NCBI GenBank assembly: GCA_964016885.1
Contig: OZ024740.1
Location: 2,294,001-2,358,000, forward strand
Length of the DNA: 64,000 nt
Reading direction: 5' to 3'
Source of the DNA: Eledone cirrhosa
Lineage: Eukaryota
How positions within the stretch are numbered: position 1 is the first letter of the stretch; the number at the start of each line of letters is the position of its first letter. The notes under the pieces were generated by a model that was not told the origin of the DNA, did no database searches, and saw only the letters and a program-made list of their open reading frames with translations. Shown in pieces: positions 24,675-39,800 of the stretch. A program made the translations under genes and the position numbers.

Positions 24675-27600
24675 ATGTAGGTGTCACAATAAAAAGTACC
24701 TGGTCCTCACTATAAAGTGGTCATGTAGGTGTCACAATAAAAAGTATCCAGTCCACACTGTAAAGTGGTCATGTAGGTGTCACAATAAAAAGTATCCAGT
24801 CCACACTGTAAAGTGGTCATGAAGGTGTCACAATAAAAAGTACCCAGTCCACACTATAAAGTGGTCATGTAGGTGTCACAATAAAAAGTATCCAGTCCAC
24901 ACTGTAAAGTGGTCATGTAGGTGTCACAATAAATAGTACCCAGCCCACACTGTAAAGTGGTCATGTAGGTGTCACAATAACAAGTATCCAGCCCACACTG
25001 TAAAGTGGTCATGTAGGTGTCACAATAAAAAGTATCCAGCCCACACTGTAAAATGGTCATGTTGGTGTCACAATAAAAAGTATCCAGCCCACACTGTAAA
25101 GTGGTCATGTAGGTGTCACAATAAAAAGTACCTGGTCCTCACTATAAAGTGGTCATGTAGGTGTCACAATAAAAAGTATCCAGCCCCCACTGTAAAGTGG
25201 TCATGTAGGTGTCACAATAAAAAGTACCCAGCCCACACTGTAAAGTGGTCATGTAGGTGTCACAATAACAAGTATCCAGCCCACACTGTAAAATGGTCAT
25301 GTAGGTGTCACAATAAAAAGTATCCAGTCCACAATGTAAAGTGGTCATATAGGTGTCACAATAAAAAGTACCCAGTCCACACTGTAAAGTGGTCATGTAG
25401 GTGTCACAATAAAAGGTATCCAGTCCACACTGTAAAGTGGTCATGTAGGTGTCACGATAAAAAGTATCCAGTCCACACTGTAAAGTGGTCATGTAGGTGT
25501 CACAATAAAAAGTACCCAGTCCTCACTATAAAGTGGTCATGAAGGTGTCCAATAAAAAGTACCAAGTCCACACTATAAAGTGGTAATGTAGGTGTCACAA
25601 TAAAAAGTATCCAGTCCACACTATAAAGTGGTCATGAAGGTGTCACAATAAAAAGTACCCAGTCCACACTGTAAATTGGTCATGTAGGTGTCACAATAAA
25701 AAGTACCTGGTCCTCACTATAAAGTGGTCATGTAGGTGTCACAATAAAAAGTACCCAGTCCACACTGTAAAGTGGTCATGTAGGTGTCACAATAACAAGT
25801 ACCCAGTCCACACTGTAAAGTGGTCATGTAGGTGTCACAATAACAAGTAACCAGTCCACACAATAAAGTGGTCATGTAGGTGTCACAATAACAAGTACCC
25901 AGCCCACACTATTAAGTGGTCATGTAGGTGTCACGATAACAAGTACCCCTGTCCACACTGTAAAGTGGTCATGTAGGTGTCACGATAAAAAGTACCCAAG
26001 CCACACTATAAAGTGGTCATGTAGGTGTCACAATAAAAAGTATCCAGCCCACACTGTAAAGTGGTCATGAAGGTGTCACAATAAAAAGTACCCAGCCCAC
26101 ACTGTAAAGTGGTCATGTAGGTGTCACAATAACAAGTATCCAGCCCACACTGTAAAATGGTCATGTAGGTGTCACAATAACAAGTACCCAGTCCACACTG
26201 TAAAGTGGTCATGTAGGTGTCACAATAAAAAGTACCTGGTCCTCACTATAAAGTGGTCATGTAGGTGTCACAATAAAAAGTATCCAGTCCACACTGTAAA
26301 GTGGTCATGTAGGTGTCACAATAAAAAGTATCCAGTCCACACTGTAAAGTGGTCATGAAGGTGTCACAATAAAAAGTACCCAGTCCACACTATAAAGTGG
26401 TCATGTAGGTGTCACAATAAAAAGTATCCAGTCCACACTGTAAAGTGGTCATGTAGGTGTCACAATAAATAGTACCCAGCCCACACTGTAAAGTGGTCAT
26501 GTAGGTGTCACAATAACAAGTATCCAGCCCACACTGTAAAGTGGTCATGTAGGTGTCACAATAAAAAGTATCCAGCCCACACTGTAAAATGGTCATGTTG
26601 GTGTCACAATAAAAAGTATCCAGCCCACACTGTAAAGTGGTCATGTAGGTGTCACAATAAAAAGTACCTGGTCCTCACTATAAAGTGGTCATGTAGGTGT
26701 CACAATAAAAAGTATCCAGCCCCCACTGTAAAGTGGTCATGTAGGTGTCACAATAAAAAGTACCCAGCCCACACTGTAAAGTGGTCATGTAGGTGTCACA
26801 ATAACAAGTATCCAGCCCACACTGTAAAATGGTCATGTAGGTGTCACAATAAAAAGTATCCAGTCCACAATGTAAAGTGGTCATATAGGTGTCACAATAA
26901 AAAGTACCCAGTCCACACTGTAAAGTGGTCATGTAGGTGTCACAATAAAAGGTATCCAGTCCACACTGTAAAGTGGTCATGTAGGTGTCACGATAAAAAG
27001 TATCCAGTCCACACTGTAAAGTGGTCATGTAGGTGTCACAATAAAAAGTACCCAGTCCTCACTATAAAGTGGTCATGAAGGTGTCCAATAAAAAGTACCA
27101 AGTCCACACTATAAAGTGGTAATGTAGGTGTCACAATAAAAAGTATCCAGTCCACACTATAAAGTGGTCATGAAGGTGTCACAATAAAAAGTACCCAGTC
27201 CACACTGTAAATTGGTCATGTAGGTGTCACAATAAAAAGTACCTGGTCCTCACTATAAAGTGGTCATGTAGGTGTCACAATAAAAAGTACCCAGTCCACA
27301 CTGTAAAGTGGTCATGTAGGTGTCACAATAACAAGTACCCAGTCCACACTGTAAAGTGGTCATGTAGGTGTCACAATAACAAGTAACCAGTCCACACAAT
27401 AAAGTGGTCATGTAGGTGTCACAATAACAAGTACCCAGCCCACACTATTAAGTGGTCATGTAGGTGTCACGATAACAAGTACCCCTGTCCACACTGTAAA
27501 GTGGTCATGTAGGTGTCACGATAAAAAGTACCCAAGCCACACTATAAAGTGGTCATGTAGGTGTCACAATAAAAAGTATCCAGCCCACACTGTAAAGTGG

Positions 27601-27764
27601 TCATGAAGGTGTCACAATAAAAAGTACCCAGCCCACACTGTAAAGTGGTCATGTAGGTGTCACAATAACAAGTATCCAGCCCACACTGTAAAATGGTCAT
27701 GTAGGTGTCACAATAACAAGTACCCAGTCCACACTGTAAAGTGGTCATGTAGGTGTCACAATAA
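24675..27764. repeat. Tandem duplication of a 32-monomer (1536-bp) block
   Basis: ORF pairs 24854/26390, 25142/26678 and 26006/27542 are all offset by 1536. Shared rare variants are CAGCCCCCAC, GTGTCCAATA (deletion), CACACAATAAAG and ACCCCTGTCC (insertion). Confidence 0.9.
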
Positions 27765-27859
27765 TAAGTAACCAGTCCACACTATAAAGTGGTCATGTAG
27801 GTGTCACAATAACAAGTACCCAGCCCACACTATTAAGTGGTCATGTAGGTGTCACAATA

Positions 27860-30800
27860 AAAAGTATCCAGTCCACACTGTAAAGTGGTCATGTAGGTGT
27901 CACAATAAAAAGTATCCAGTCCACACTATAAAGTGGTCATGTAGGTCTCACAATAAAAAGTACCTGGTCCTCACTATAAAGTGGTCATGTAGGTGTCACA
28001 ATAACAATTATCCAGCCCACATTGTAAAGTGGTCATGTAGGTGTCACAATAAAAAGTATCCAGCCCACACTGTAAAATGGTCATGTAGGTGTCACAATAA
28101 AAAGTATCCAGTCCACACTGTAAAGTGGTCATGTAGGTGTCACAATAAAAAGTACCTGGTCCTCACTATAAAGTGGTCATGTAGGTGTCACAATAAAAGT
28201 ATCCAGCCCACACTGTAAAGTGGTCATGTAGGTGTCACAATAAAAAGTATCCAGTCCACACTGTAAAGTGGTCATGTAGGTGTCACAATAAAAAGTACCC
28301 AGCCCACACTGTAAAGTGGTCATGTAGGTGTCACAATAAAAAGTACCTGGTCCTCACTGTAAAGTGGTCATGTAGGTGTCAAAATAAAAAGTACCTGGTC
28401 CTCACTATAAAGTGGTTATGTAGGTGTCACAATAAAAAGTACCTGGTCCTCACTGTAAAGTGGTCATGTAGGTGTCAAAATAAAAAGTACCTGTTCCTCA
28501 CTATAAAGTGGTCATGTAGGTGTCACAACAAAAAGTATCCAGCCCACACTATAAAGTGGTCATGTAGGTGTCACAATAAAAAGTACCCAGTCCACACTGT
28601 AAAGTGGTCATGTAGGTGTCACGATAAAAAGTATCCAGTCCACACTGTAAAGTGGTCATGTAGGTGTCACAATAAAAAGTACCTGGTCCACACTGTAACG
28701 TGGTCATGTAGGTGTCACAATAACAAGTATCCAGCCCACACTGTAAAGTGGTCATGTAGGTGTCACTATAACAAGTACCCACTCCACACTCTAAAGTGGT
28801 CATGTAGGTGTCACAATAAAAAGTACCTGGTCCTCACTATAAAGTGGTCATGTAGATGTCACAATAAAAAGTACTTGGGCCTCACTATAAATTGGTCATG
28901 TAGGTGTCACAATAACAAGTATCCAGTCCACACTGTAAAGTGGTCATGTAGGTGTCACAATAAAAAGTATCCAGTCCACACTGTAAAATGGTCATGTAGG
29001 TGTCACAATAAAAAGTATCCAGTCCACACTGTAAAGTGATCATGTAGGTGTCACAATAACAAGTATCCAGCCCACACTGTAAAGTGGTCATGTAGGTGTC
29101 ACAATAAAAAGTACCTGGTCCTCACTATAAAGTGGTCATGTAGGTGTCACAATAAAAAGTACCTGGTCCTCACTATAAAGTGGTCATGTAGGTGTCAAAA
29201 TAAAAAGTATCCAGCCCACACTATAAAGTCGTCATGTAGGTGTCACAATAAAAAGTACCCAGTCCACACTGTAAAGTGGTCATGTAGGTGTCACAATAAA
29301 AAGTATCCAGTCCACACTGTAAAGTGGTCATGTAGGTGTCACAATAAAAAGTACCCAGCCCACACTGTAAAGTGGTTATGTAGGTGTCACAATAAAAAGT
29401 ACCTGGTCCTCACTATAAAGTGGTTATGTAGGTGTCACAATAAAAAGTACCTGGTCCTCACTATAAAGTGGTTATGTAGGTGTCACAATAAAAAGTACCT
29501 GGTCCTCACTATAAAGTGGTCATGTAGGTGTCACAATAAAAAGTATCCAGTCCACACCGTAAAGTGGCCTTGTAGGTGTCACAATAAAAAGTACCGGGTC
29601 CTCACTATAAAGTGGTCATGTAGGTGTCACAATAAAAAGTTCCTGTTCCTCACTATAAAGTGGTCATGTATGTGTCACAATAAAAAGTACCTGGTCCTCA
29701 CTGTAAAGTGGTCATGTAGGTGTCACAATAACAAGTATCCAGCCTACACTGTAAAGTGGTCATGTAGGTGTCACAATAAAAAGTATCCAGTCCACACTGT
29801 AAAATGGTCATGTAGGTGTCACAATAAAAAGTATCCAGTCCACACTGTAAAGTGGTCATATAGGTGTCACAATAAAAAGTACCCAGTCCACACTGTAAAG
29901 TGGTCATGTAGGTGTCACAATAAAAAGTATCCAGTCCACAGTGTAAAGTGGTCATGTAGGTGTCACAATAAAAAGTATCCAGTCCACACTGTAAAGTGGT
30001 CATGTAGGTGTCACAATAAAAAGTACCCAGTCCACACTGTAAAGTGGTAATGTAGGTGTCACAATAAAAAGTACCCAGTCCTCACTATAAAGTGGTCATG
30101 AAGGTGTCCAATAAAAAGTACCAAGTCCACACTATAAAGTGGTCATGTAGGTGTCACAATAAAAAGTATCCAGTCCACACTATAAAGTGGTCATGAAGGT
30201 GTCACAATAAAAAGTATCCAGTCCACACTGTAAATTGGTCATGTAGGTGTCACAATAAAAAGTACCTGGTCCTCACTATAAAGTGGTCATGTAGGTGTCA
30301 CAATAAAAAGTACCCAGTCCACACTGTAAAGTGGTCATGTAGGTGTCACAATAACAAGTATCCAGTCCACACTGTAAAGTGGTCATATAGGTGTCACAAT
30401 AAGAAGTATCCAGTCCACACTATAAACTGGTGATGCAGATGTCACAATAACAAGTACCCAGCCCACACTATAAAGTGGTCATGTAGGTGTCACAATAACA
30501 AGTACCCAGTCCACACTGTAAAGTGGTCATGTCGGTGTCACAAAAAAATATTTCCCAAGCCACACTATAAAGTGGTCATGTAGGTGTCACAATAAAAAGT
30601 ATCCAGCCCACACTATAAAGTGGTCATGTAGGTGTCACAATAAAAAGTATCCAGCCCACACTATAAAGTGGTCATGTAGGTGTCACAATAGAAAGTATCC
30701 AGCCCACACTATAAAGTGGTCATGTAGGTGTCACAATAAAAAGTATCCAGCCCACACTATAAAGTGGTCATGTAGGTGTCACAATAACAAGTATCCAGCC

Positions 30801-33800
30801 CACACTGTAAAGTGGTCATGTAGGTGTCACAATAACAAGTACCCAGTCCACACTATAAAGTGGTCATGTAGGTGTCACAATAAAAAGTATGCAGTCCACA
30901 CTGTAAAGTGGTCATGTAGGTGTCACAATAAAAAGTATCCAGCCCACACTATAAAGTGGTCATGTAGGTGTCACAATAACAAGTACCCACTCCACACTGT
31001 AAAGTGGTCATGTCGGTGTCACAATAAAAAGTTCCCAAGCCACACTATAAAGTGGTCATGTAGGTGTCACAATAAAAAGTACCCAATCCACACTGTAAAG
31101 TGGTCATGTAGGTGTCACAATAAAAAGTATCCAGTCCACACTGTAAAGTGGTCATGTAGGTGTCACAATAACAAGTACCCAGCCCACACTGTAAAGTGGT
31201 CATGTAGGTGTCACAATAACAAGTATCCAACCCACACTGTAAAGTGGTCATGTAGGTGTCACAATAAAAAGTATCCAGCCCACACTGTAAAATGGTCATG
31301 TAGGTGTCACAATAAAAAGTATCCAGCCCACACTGTAAAGTGGTCATGTAGGTGTCAAAATAAAAAGTACCTGGTCCTCACTATAAAGTGGTCATGTAGG
31401 TGTCATAATAAAAAGTATCCAGCCCACACTGTAAAGTGGTCATGTAGGTGTCACAATAAAAAGTATCCAGTCCACACTGTAAAGTGGTCATGTAGGTGTC
31501 ACAATGAAAAGTACCCAGCCCACACTGTAAAGTGGTCATGTAGGTGTCACAATAAAAAGTACCTGGTCCTCACTATAAAGTGTTCATGTAGGTGTCACAA
31601 TAAAAAGTACCTGGTCCTCACTGTAAAGTGGTCATGCAGGTGTCCAAATAAAAAGTACCTGGTCCTCACTATAAAGTGGTTATGTAGGTGTCACAATAAA
31701 AAGTACCTGGTCCTCACTATAAAGTGGTCATGTAGGTGTCACAATAAAAAGTATCCAGCCCACACTATAAAGTGGTCATGTAGGTGTCACAATAGAAAGT
31801 ACCCAGCCCACACTATAAAGTGGTCATGTAGGTGTCACAATAAAAAGTATCCAGTCCACACTGTAAAGTGGTCATGTAGGTGTCACAATGAAAAGTACCC
31901 AGCCCACACTGTAAAGTGGTCATGTAGGTGTCACAATAAAAAGTACCTGGTCCTCACCATAAAGTGTTCATGTCGGTGTCACAATAAAAAGTTCCCAAGC
32001 CACACTATAAAGTGGTCATGTAGGTGTCACAATAAAAAAGTATCCAGCCCACACTATAAAGTGGTCATGTAGGTGTCACAATAGAAAGTACCCAGCCCAC
32101 ACTATAAAGTGGTCATGTAGGTGTCACAATAAAAAGTATCCAGCCCACACTATAAAGTGGTCATGTAGGTGTCACAATAACAAGTACCCAGTCCACACTA
32201 TAAAGTGGTCATGTAGGTGTCACAATAAAAAGTATGCAGTCCACACTGTAAAGTGGTCATGTAGGTGTCACAATAACAAGTACCCAGTCCACACTATAAA
32301 GTGGTCATGTAGGTGTCACAATAAAAAGTATGCAGTCCACACTGTAAAGTGGTCATGTAGGTGTCACAATAAAAAGTACCCAGCCCACACTGTAAAGTGG
32401 GCATGTAGGTGTCACAATAACAAGTACCCAGCCCACACTGTAAAGTGGTCATGTAGGTGTCACAATAACAAGTACCCAGCCCACACTGTAAAGTGGTCAT
32501 GTAGGTGTCACAATAGCAAGTACCCAGTCCACACTATAAAGTGGTCATGTAGGTGTCACAATAAAAAGTACCCAGCCCACACTGTAAAGTGGTCATGTAG
32601 GTGTCACAATAACAAGTACCCAGTCCACACTATAAAGTGGTCATGTAGGTGTCACAATAAAAAGTATGCAGTCCACACTGTAAAGTGGTCATGTAGGTGT
32701 CACAATAAAAAGTATCCAGCCCACACTATAAAGTGGTCATGTAGGTGTCACAATAAAAACTACCCAATCCACACTGTAAAGTGGTCATGAAGGTGTCACA
32801 ATAAAAAGTATCCAGCCCACACTATAAAGTGGTCATGTAGGTGTCACAATAAAAAGTATCCAGCCCACACTATAAAGTGGTCATGTAGGTGTCACAATAG
32901 AAAGTATCCAGCCCACACTATAAAGTGGTCATGTAGGTGTCACAATAAAAAGTATCCAGCCCACACTATAAAGTGGTCATGTAGGTGTCACAATAACAAG
33001 TATCCAGCCCACACTGTAAAGTGGTCATGTAGGTGTCACAATAACAAGTACCCAGTCCACACTATAAAGTGGTCATGTAGGTGTCACAATAAAAAGTATG
33101 CAGTCCACACTGTAAAGTGGTCATGTAGGTGTCACAATACAAAGTATCCAGCCCACACTATAAAGTGGTCATGTAGGTGTCACAATAACAAGTACCCACT
33201 CCACACTGTAAAGTGGTCATGTCGGTGTCACAATAAAAAGTTCCCAAGCCACACTATAAAGTGGTCATGTAGGTGTCACAATAAAAAGTACCCAATCCAC
33301 ACTGTAAAGTGGTCATGTAGGTGTCACAATAAAAAGTATCCAGTCCACACTGTAAAGTGGTCATGTAGGTGTCACAATAACAAGTACCCAGCCCACACTG
33401 TAAAGTGGTCATGTAGGTGTCACAATAACAAGTATCCAACCCACACTGTAAAGTGGTCATGTAGGTGTCACAATAAAAAGTATCCAGCCCACACTGTAAA
33501 ATGGTCATGTAGGTGTCACAATAAAAAGTATCCAGCCCACACTGTAAAGTGGTCATGTAGGTGTCAAAATAAAAAGTACCTGGTCCTCACTATAAAGTGG
33601 TCATGTAGGTGTCATAATAAAAAGTATCCAGCCCACACTGTAAAGTGGTCATGTAGGTGTCACAATAAAAAGTATCCAGTCCACACTGTAAAGTGGTCAT
33701 GTAGGTGTCACAATGAAAAGTACCCAGCCCACACTGTAAAGTGGTCATGTAGGTGTCACAATAAAAAGTACCTGGTCCTCACTATAAAGTGTTCATGTAG

Positions 33801-36800
33801 GTGTCACAATAAAAAGTACCTGGTCCTCACTGTAAAGTGGTCATGCAGGTGTCAAAATAAAAAGTACCTGGTCCTCACTATAAAGTGGTTATGTAGGTTG
33901 TCACAATAAAAAGTACCTGGCCCTCACTATAAAGTGGTCATGTAGGTGTCACAATAAAAAGTATCCAGCCCACACTATAAAGTGGTCATGTAGGTGTCAC
34001 AATAGAAAGTACCTAGCCCACACTATAAAGTGGTCATGTAGGTGTCACAATAAAAAGTATCCAGTCCACACTGTAAAGTGGTCATGTAGGTGTCACAATG
34101 AAAAGTACCCAGCCCACACTGTAAAGTGGTCATGTAGGTGTCACAATAAAAAGTACCTGGTCCTCACCATAAAGTGTTCATGTCGGTGTCACAATAAAAA
34201 GTTCCCAAGCCACACTATAAAGTGGTCATGTAGGTGTCACAATAAAAAGTATCCATCCCACACTATAAAGTGGTCATGTAGGTGTCACAATAGAAAGTAC
34301 CCAGCCCACACTATAAAGTGGTCATGTAGGTGTCACAATAAAAAGTATCCAGCCCACACTATAAAGTGGTCATGTAGGTGTCACAATAACAAGTACCCAG
34401 TCCACACTATAAAGTGGTCATGTAGGTGTCACAATAAAAAGTATGCAGTCCACACTGTAAAGTGGTCATGTAGGTGTCACAATAACAAGTACCCAGTCCA
34501 CACTATAAAGTGGTCATGTAGGTGTCACAATAAAAAGTATGCAGTCCACACTGTAAAGTGGTCATGTAGGTGTCACAATAAAAAGTACCCAGCCCACACT
34601 GTAAAGTGGGCATGTAGGTGTCACAATAAAAAGTACCCATCCACACTGTAAAGTGGTCATGTAGGTGTCACAATAACAAGTACCCAGCCCACACTGTAAA
34701 GTGTTCATGTAGGTGTCACAATAGCAAGTACCCAGTCCACACTATAAAGTGGTCATGTAGGTGTCACAATAAAAAGTACCCAGCCCACACTGTAAAGTGG
34801 TCATGTAGGTGTCACAATAACAAGTACCCAGTCCACACTATAAAGTGGTCATGTAGGTGTCACAATAAAAAGTATGCAGTCCACACTGTAAAGTGGTCAT
34901 GTAGGTGTCACAATAAAAAGTATCCAGCCCACACTATAAAGTGGTCATGTAGGTGTCACAATAAAAAGTACCCAATCCACACTGTAAAGTGGTCATGTAG
35001 GTGTCACAATAAAAAGTACCCAATCCACACTGTAAAGTGGTCATGTAGGTGTCACAATAAAAAGTATCCAGCCCACACTGTAAAATGGTCATGTAGGTGT
35101 CACAATAAAAAGTATCCAGCCCACACTGTAAAGTGGTCATGTAGGTGTCAAAATAAAAAGTACCTGGTCCTCACTATAAAGTGGTCATGTAGGTGTCATA
35201 ATAAAAAGTATCCAGCCCACACTGTAAAGTGGTCATGTAGGTGTCACAATAAAAAGTATCCAGTCCACACTGTAAAGTGGTTATGTAGGTGTCACAATGA
35301 AAAGTACCCAGCCCACACTGTAAAGTGGTCATGTAGGTGTCACAATAAAAAGTACCTGGTCCTCACTATAAAGTGTTCATGTAGGTGTCACAATAAAAAG
35401 TACCTGGTCCTCACTGTAAAGTGGTCATGTAGGTGTCAAAATAAAAAGTACCTGGTCCTCACTATAACGTGGTTATGTAGGTGTCACAATAAAAAGTACC
35501 TGGTCCTCACTATAAAGTGGTCATGTAGGTGTCACAATAAAAAGTATCCAGCCCACACTATAAAGTGGTCATGTAGGTGTCACAATAAAAAGTACCCAGT
35601 CCACACTGTAAAGTGGTCATGTAGGTGTCACGATAAAAAGTATCCAGTCCACACTGTAAAGTGGTCATGTAGGTGTCACAATAAAAAGTACCTGGTCCAC
35701 ACTGTAACGTGGTCATGTAGGTGTCACAATAACAAGTATCCAGCCCACACTGTAAAGTGGTCATGTAGGTGTCACAATAACAAGTACCCAGTCCACACTC
35801 TAAAGTGGTCATGTAGGTGTCACAATAAAAAGTACGTGGTCCTCACTATAAAGTGGTTATGTAGGTGTCACAATAAAAAGTATCCAGCCCACACTATAAA
35901 GTGGTCATGCAGGTGTCACAATAAAAAGTACCCAGTCCACACTGTAAAGTGGTCATGTAGGTGTCACAATAAAAAGTAGCTGGTCCTCACTATAAAGTGG
36001 TCATGTAGGTGTCACAATAAAAAGTACCTGGTCCTCACTATAAAGTGGTCATGTAGGTGTCACAATAAAAAGTATCCAGCCCACACTATAAAGTGGTCAT
36101 GTAGGTGTCACAATAGAAAGTACCCAGCCCACACTATAAAGTGGTCATGTAGGTGTCACAATAAAAAGTATCCAGTCCACACTGTAAAGTGGTCATGTAG
36201 GTGTCACAATGAAAAGTACCCAGCCCACACTGTAAAGTGGTCATGTAGGTGTCACAATAAAAAGTACCTGGTCCTCACCATAAAGTGTTCATGTCGGTGT
36301 CACAATAAAAAGTTCCCAAGCCACACTATAAAGTGGTCATGTAGGTGTCACAATAAAAAGTATCCATCCCACACTATAAAGTGGTCATGTAGGTGTCACA
36401 ATAGAACGTACCCAGCCCACACTATAAAGTGGTCATGTAGGTGTCACAATAAAAAGTATCCAGCCCACACTATAAAGTGGTCATGTAGGTGTCACAATAA
36501 CAAGTACCCAGTCCACACTATAAAGTGGTCATGTAGGTGTCACAATAAAAAGTATGCAGTCCACACTGTAAAGTGGTCATGTAGGTGTCACAATAACAAG
36601 TACCCAGTCCACACTATAAAGTGGTAATGTAGGTGTCACAATAAAAAGTATGCAGTCCACACTGTAAAGTGGTCATGTAGGTGTCACAATAAAAAGTACC
36701 CAGCCCACACTGTAAAGTGGGCATGTAGGTGTCACAATAAAAAGTACCCAGCCCACACTGTAAAGTGGTCATGTAGGTGTCACAATAACAAGTACCCAGC

Positions 36801-39800
36801 CCACACTGTAAAGTGGTCATGTAGGTGTCACAATAGCAAGTACCCAGTCCACACTATAAAGTGGTCATGTAGGTGTCACAATAAAAAGTACCCAGCCCAC
36901 ACTGTAAAGTGGTCATGTAGGTGTCACAATAACAAGTACCCAGTCCACACTATAAAGTGGTCATGTAGGTGTCACAATAAAAAGTATGCAGTCCACACTG
37001 TAAAGTGGTCATGTAGGTGTCACAATAAAAAGTATCCAGCCCACACTATAAAGTGGTCATGTAGGTGTCACAATAAAAAGTACCCAATCCACACTGTAAA
37101 GTGGTCATGTAGGTGTCACAATAAAAAGTACCCAATCCACACTGTAAAGTGGTCATGTAGGTGTCACAATAAAAAGTATCCAGCCCACACTGTAAAATGG
37201 TAATGTAGGTGTCACAATAAAAAGTATCCAGCCCACACTGTAAAGTGTTCATGTAGGTGTCAAAATAAAAAGTACCTGGTCCTCACTATAAAGTGGTCAT
37301 GTAGGTGTCACAATAAAAAGTATCCAGTCCACACTGTAAAGTGGTTATGTAGGTGTCACAATGAAAAGTACCCAGCCCACACTGTAAAGTGGTCATGTAG
37401 GTGTCACAATAAAAAGTACCTGGTCCTCACTATAAAGTGTTCATGTAGGTGTCACAATAAAAAGTACCTGGTCCTCACTGTAAAGTGGTCATGTAGGTGT
37501 CAAAATAAAAAGTACCTGGTCCTCACTATAAAGTGGTCATGTAGGTGTCACAATAAAAAGTATCCAGCCCACACTATAAAGTGGTCATGTAGGTGTCACA
37601 ATAAAAAGTACCCAGTCCACACTGTAAAGTGGTCATGTAGGTGTCACGATAAAAAGTATCCAGTCCACACTGTAAAGTGGTCATGTAGGTGTCACAATAA
37701 AAAGTACCTGGTCCACACTGTAACGTGGTCATGTAGGTGTCACAATAACAAGTATCCAGCCCACACTGTAAAGTGGTCATGTAGGTGTCACAATAACAAG
37801 TACCCAGTCCACACTCTAAAGTGGTCATGTAGGTGTCACAATAAAAAGTACGTGGTCCTCACTATAAAGTGGTTATGTAGGTGTCACAATAAAAAGTATC
37901 CAGCCCACACTATAAAGTGGTCATGCAGGTGTCACAATAAAAAGTACCCAGTCCACACTGTAAAGTGGTCATGTAGGTGTCACAATAAAAAGTAGCTGGT
38001 CCTCACTATAAAGTGGTCATGTAGGTGTCACAATAAAAAGTACCTGGTCCTCACTATAAAGTGGTCATGTAGGTGTCACAATAACAAGTATCCAGCCCAC
38101 ACTGTAAAGTGGTCATGTAGGTGTCACAATAACAAGTATCCAGCCCACACTGTAAAGTCATCATGTAGGTGTCACAATAAAAAGTACCCAGTCCACACTG
38201 TAAAGTGGTCATGTAGGTGTCACAATAAAAAGTATCCAGCCCACACTATAAAGTGGTCATGTTGGTGTCACAATAACAAGTACCCAGTCCACACTATAAA
38301 GTGGTCATGTAGGTGTCACAATAAAAAGTATGCAGTCCACACTGTAAAGTGGTCATGTAGGTGTCACAATAACAAGTACCCAGTCCACACTATAAAGTGG
38401 TCATGTAGGTGTCACAATAAAAAGTATCCAGTCCACACTGTAAAGTGGTCATGTAGGTGTCACAATAAAAAGTACCCAGCCCACACTGTAAAGTGGGCAT
38501 GTAGGTGTCACAATAAAAAGTACCCAGCCCACACTGTAAAGTGGTCATGCAGGTGTCACAATAACAAGTACCCAGCCCACACTGTAAAGTGGTCATGTAG
38601 GTGTCACAATAGCAAGTACCCAGTCCACACTATAAAGTGGTCATGTAGGTGTCACAATAAAAAGTACCCAGTCCTCACTATAAAGTGGTCATGAAGGTGT
38701 CCAATAAAAAGTACCAAGTCCACACTATAAAGTGGTCATGTAGGTGTCACAATAAAAAGTATCCAGTCCACACTATAAAGTGGTCATGAAGGTGTCACAA
38801 TAAAAAGTAACCAGTCCACACTGTAAATTGGTCATGTAGGTGTCACAATACAAAGTACCTGGTCCTCACTATAAAGTGGTCATGTAGGTGTCACAATAAA
38901 AAGTACCCAGTCCACACTGTAAAGTGGTCATGTAGGTGTCACAATAACAAGTATCCAGTCCACACTGTAAAGTGGTCATGTAGGTGTCACATAAAAAGTA
39001 TCCAGTCCCCACTATAAAGTGGTCATGTAGGTGTCACAATATAAAGTACCCAGTCCACACTATAAAGTGGTCATGTAGGTGTCACAATAACAAGTACCCA
39101 GTCCACACTGTAAAGTGGTCATGTAGGTGTCACAATAACAAGTAAACAGTCCACACTATAAAGTGGTCATGTAGGTGTCACAATAACAAGTACCCAGCCC
39201 ACACTATTAAGTGGTCATGTAGGTGTCACAATAAAATGTACCCCTGTCCACACTGTAAAGTGGTCATGTAGGTGTCACGATAAAAAGTACCCAAGCCACA
39301 CTATAAAGTGGTCATGTAGGTGTCACAATAAAAAGTATCCAGCCCACACTGTAAAGTGGTCATGAAGGTGTCACAATAAAAAGTATCCAGCCCACACTAT
39401 AAAGTGGTCATGTAGGTGTCACAATAGAAAGTACCCAGCCCACACTATAAAGTGGTCATGTATGTGTCACAATAAAAATATCCAGCCCACACTATAAAGT
39501 GGTCATGTAGGTGTCACAATAACAAGTATCCAGCCCACACTGTAAAGTGGTCATGTAGGTGTCACAATAACAAGTACCCAGTCCACACTATAATGTGGTC
39601 ATGTAGGTGTCACAATAAAAAGTATCCAGTCCACACTGTAAAGTGGTCATGTAGGTGTCACAATAAAAAGTATCCATCCCACACTATAAAGTGGTCATGT
39701 AGGTGTCACAATAAAAAGTACCCAAACCACACTGTAAAGTGGTCATGTAGGTGTCACAATAAAAAGTATCCAGTCCACACTGTAAAGTGGTCATGTAGGT

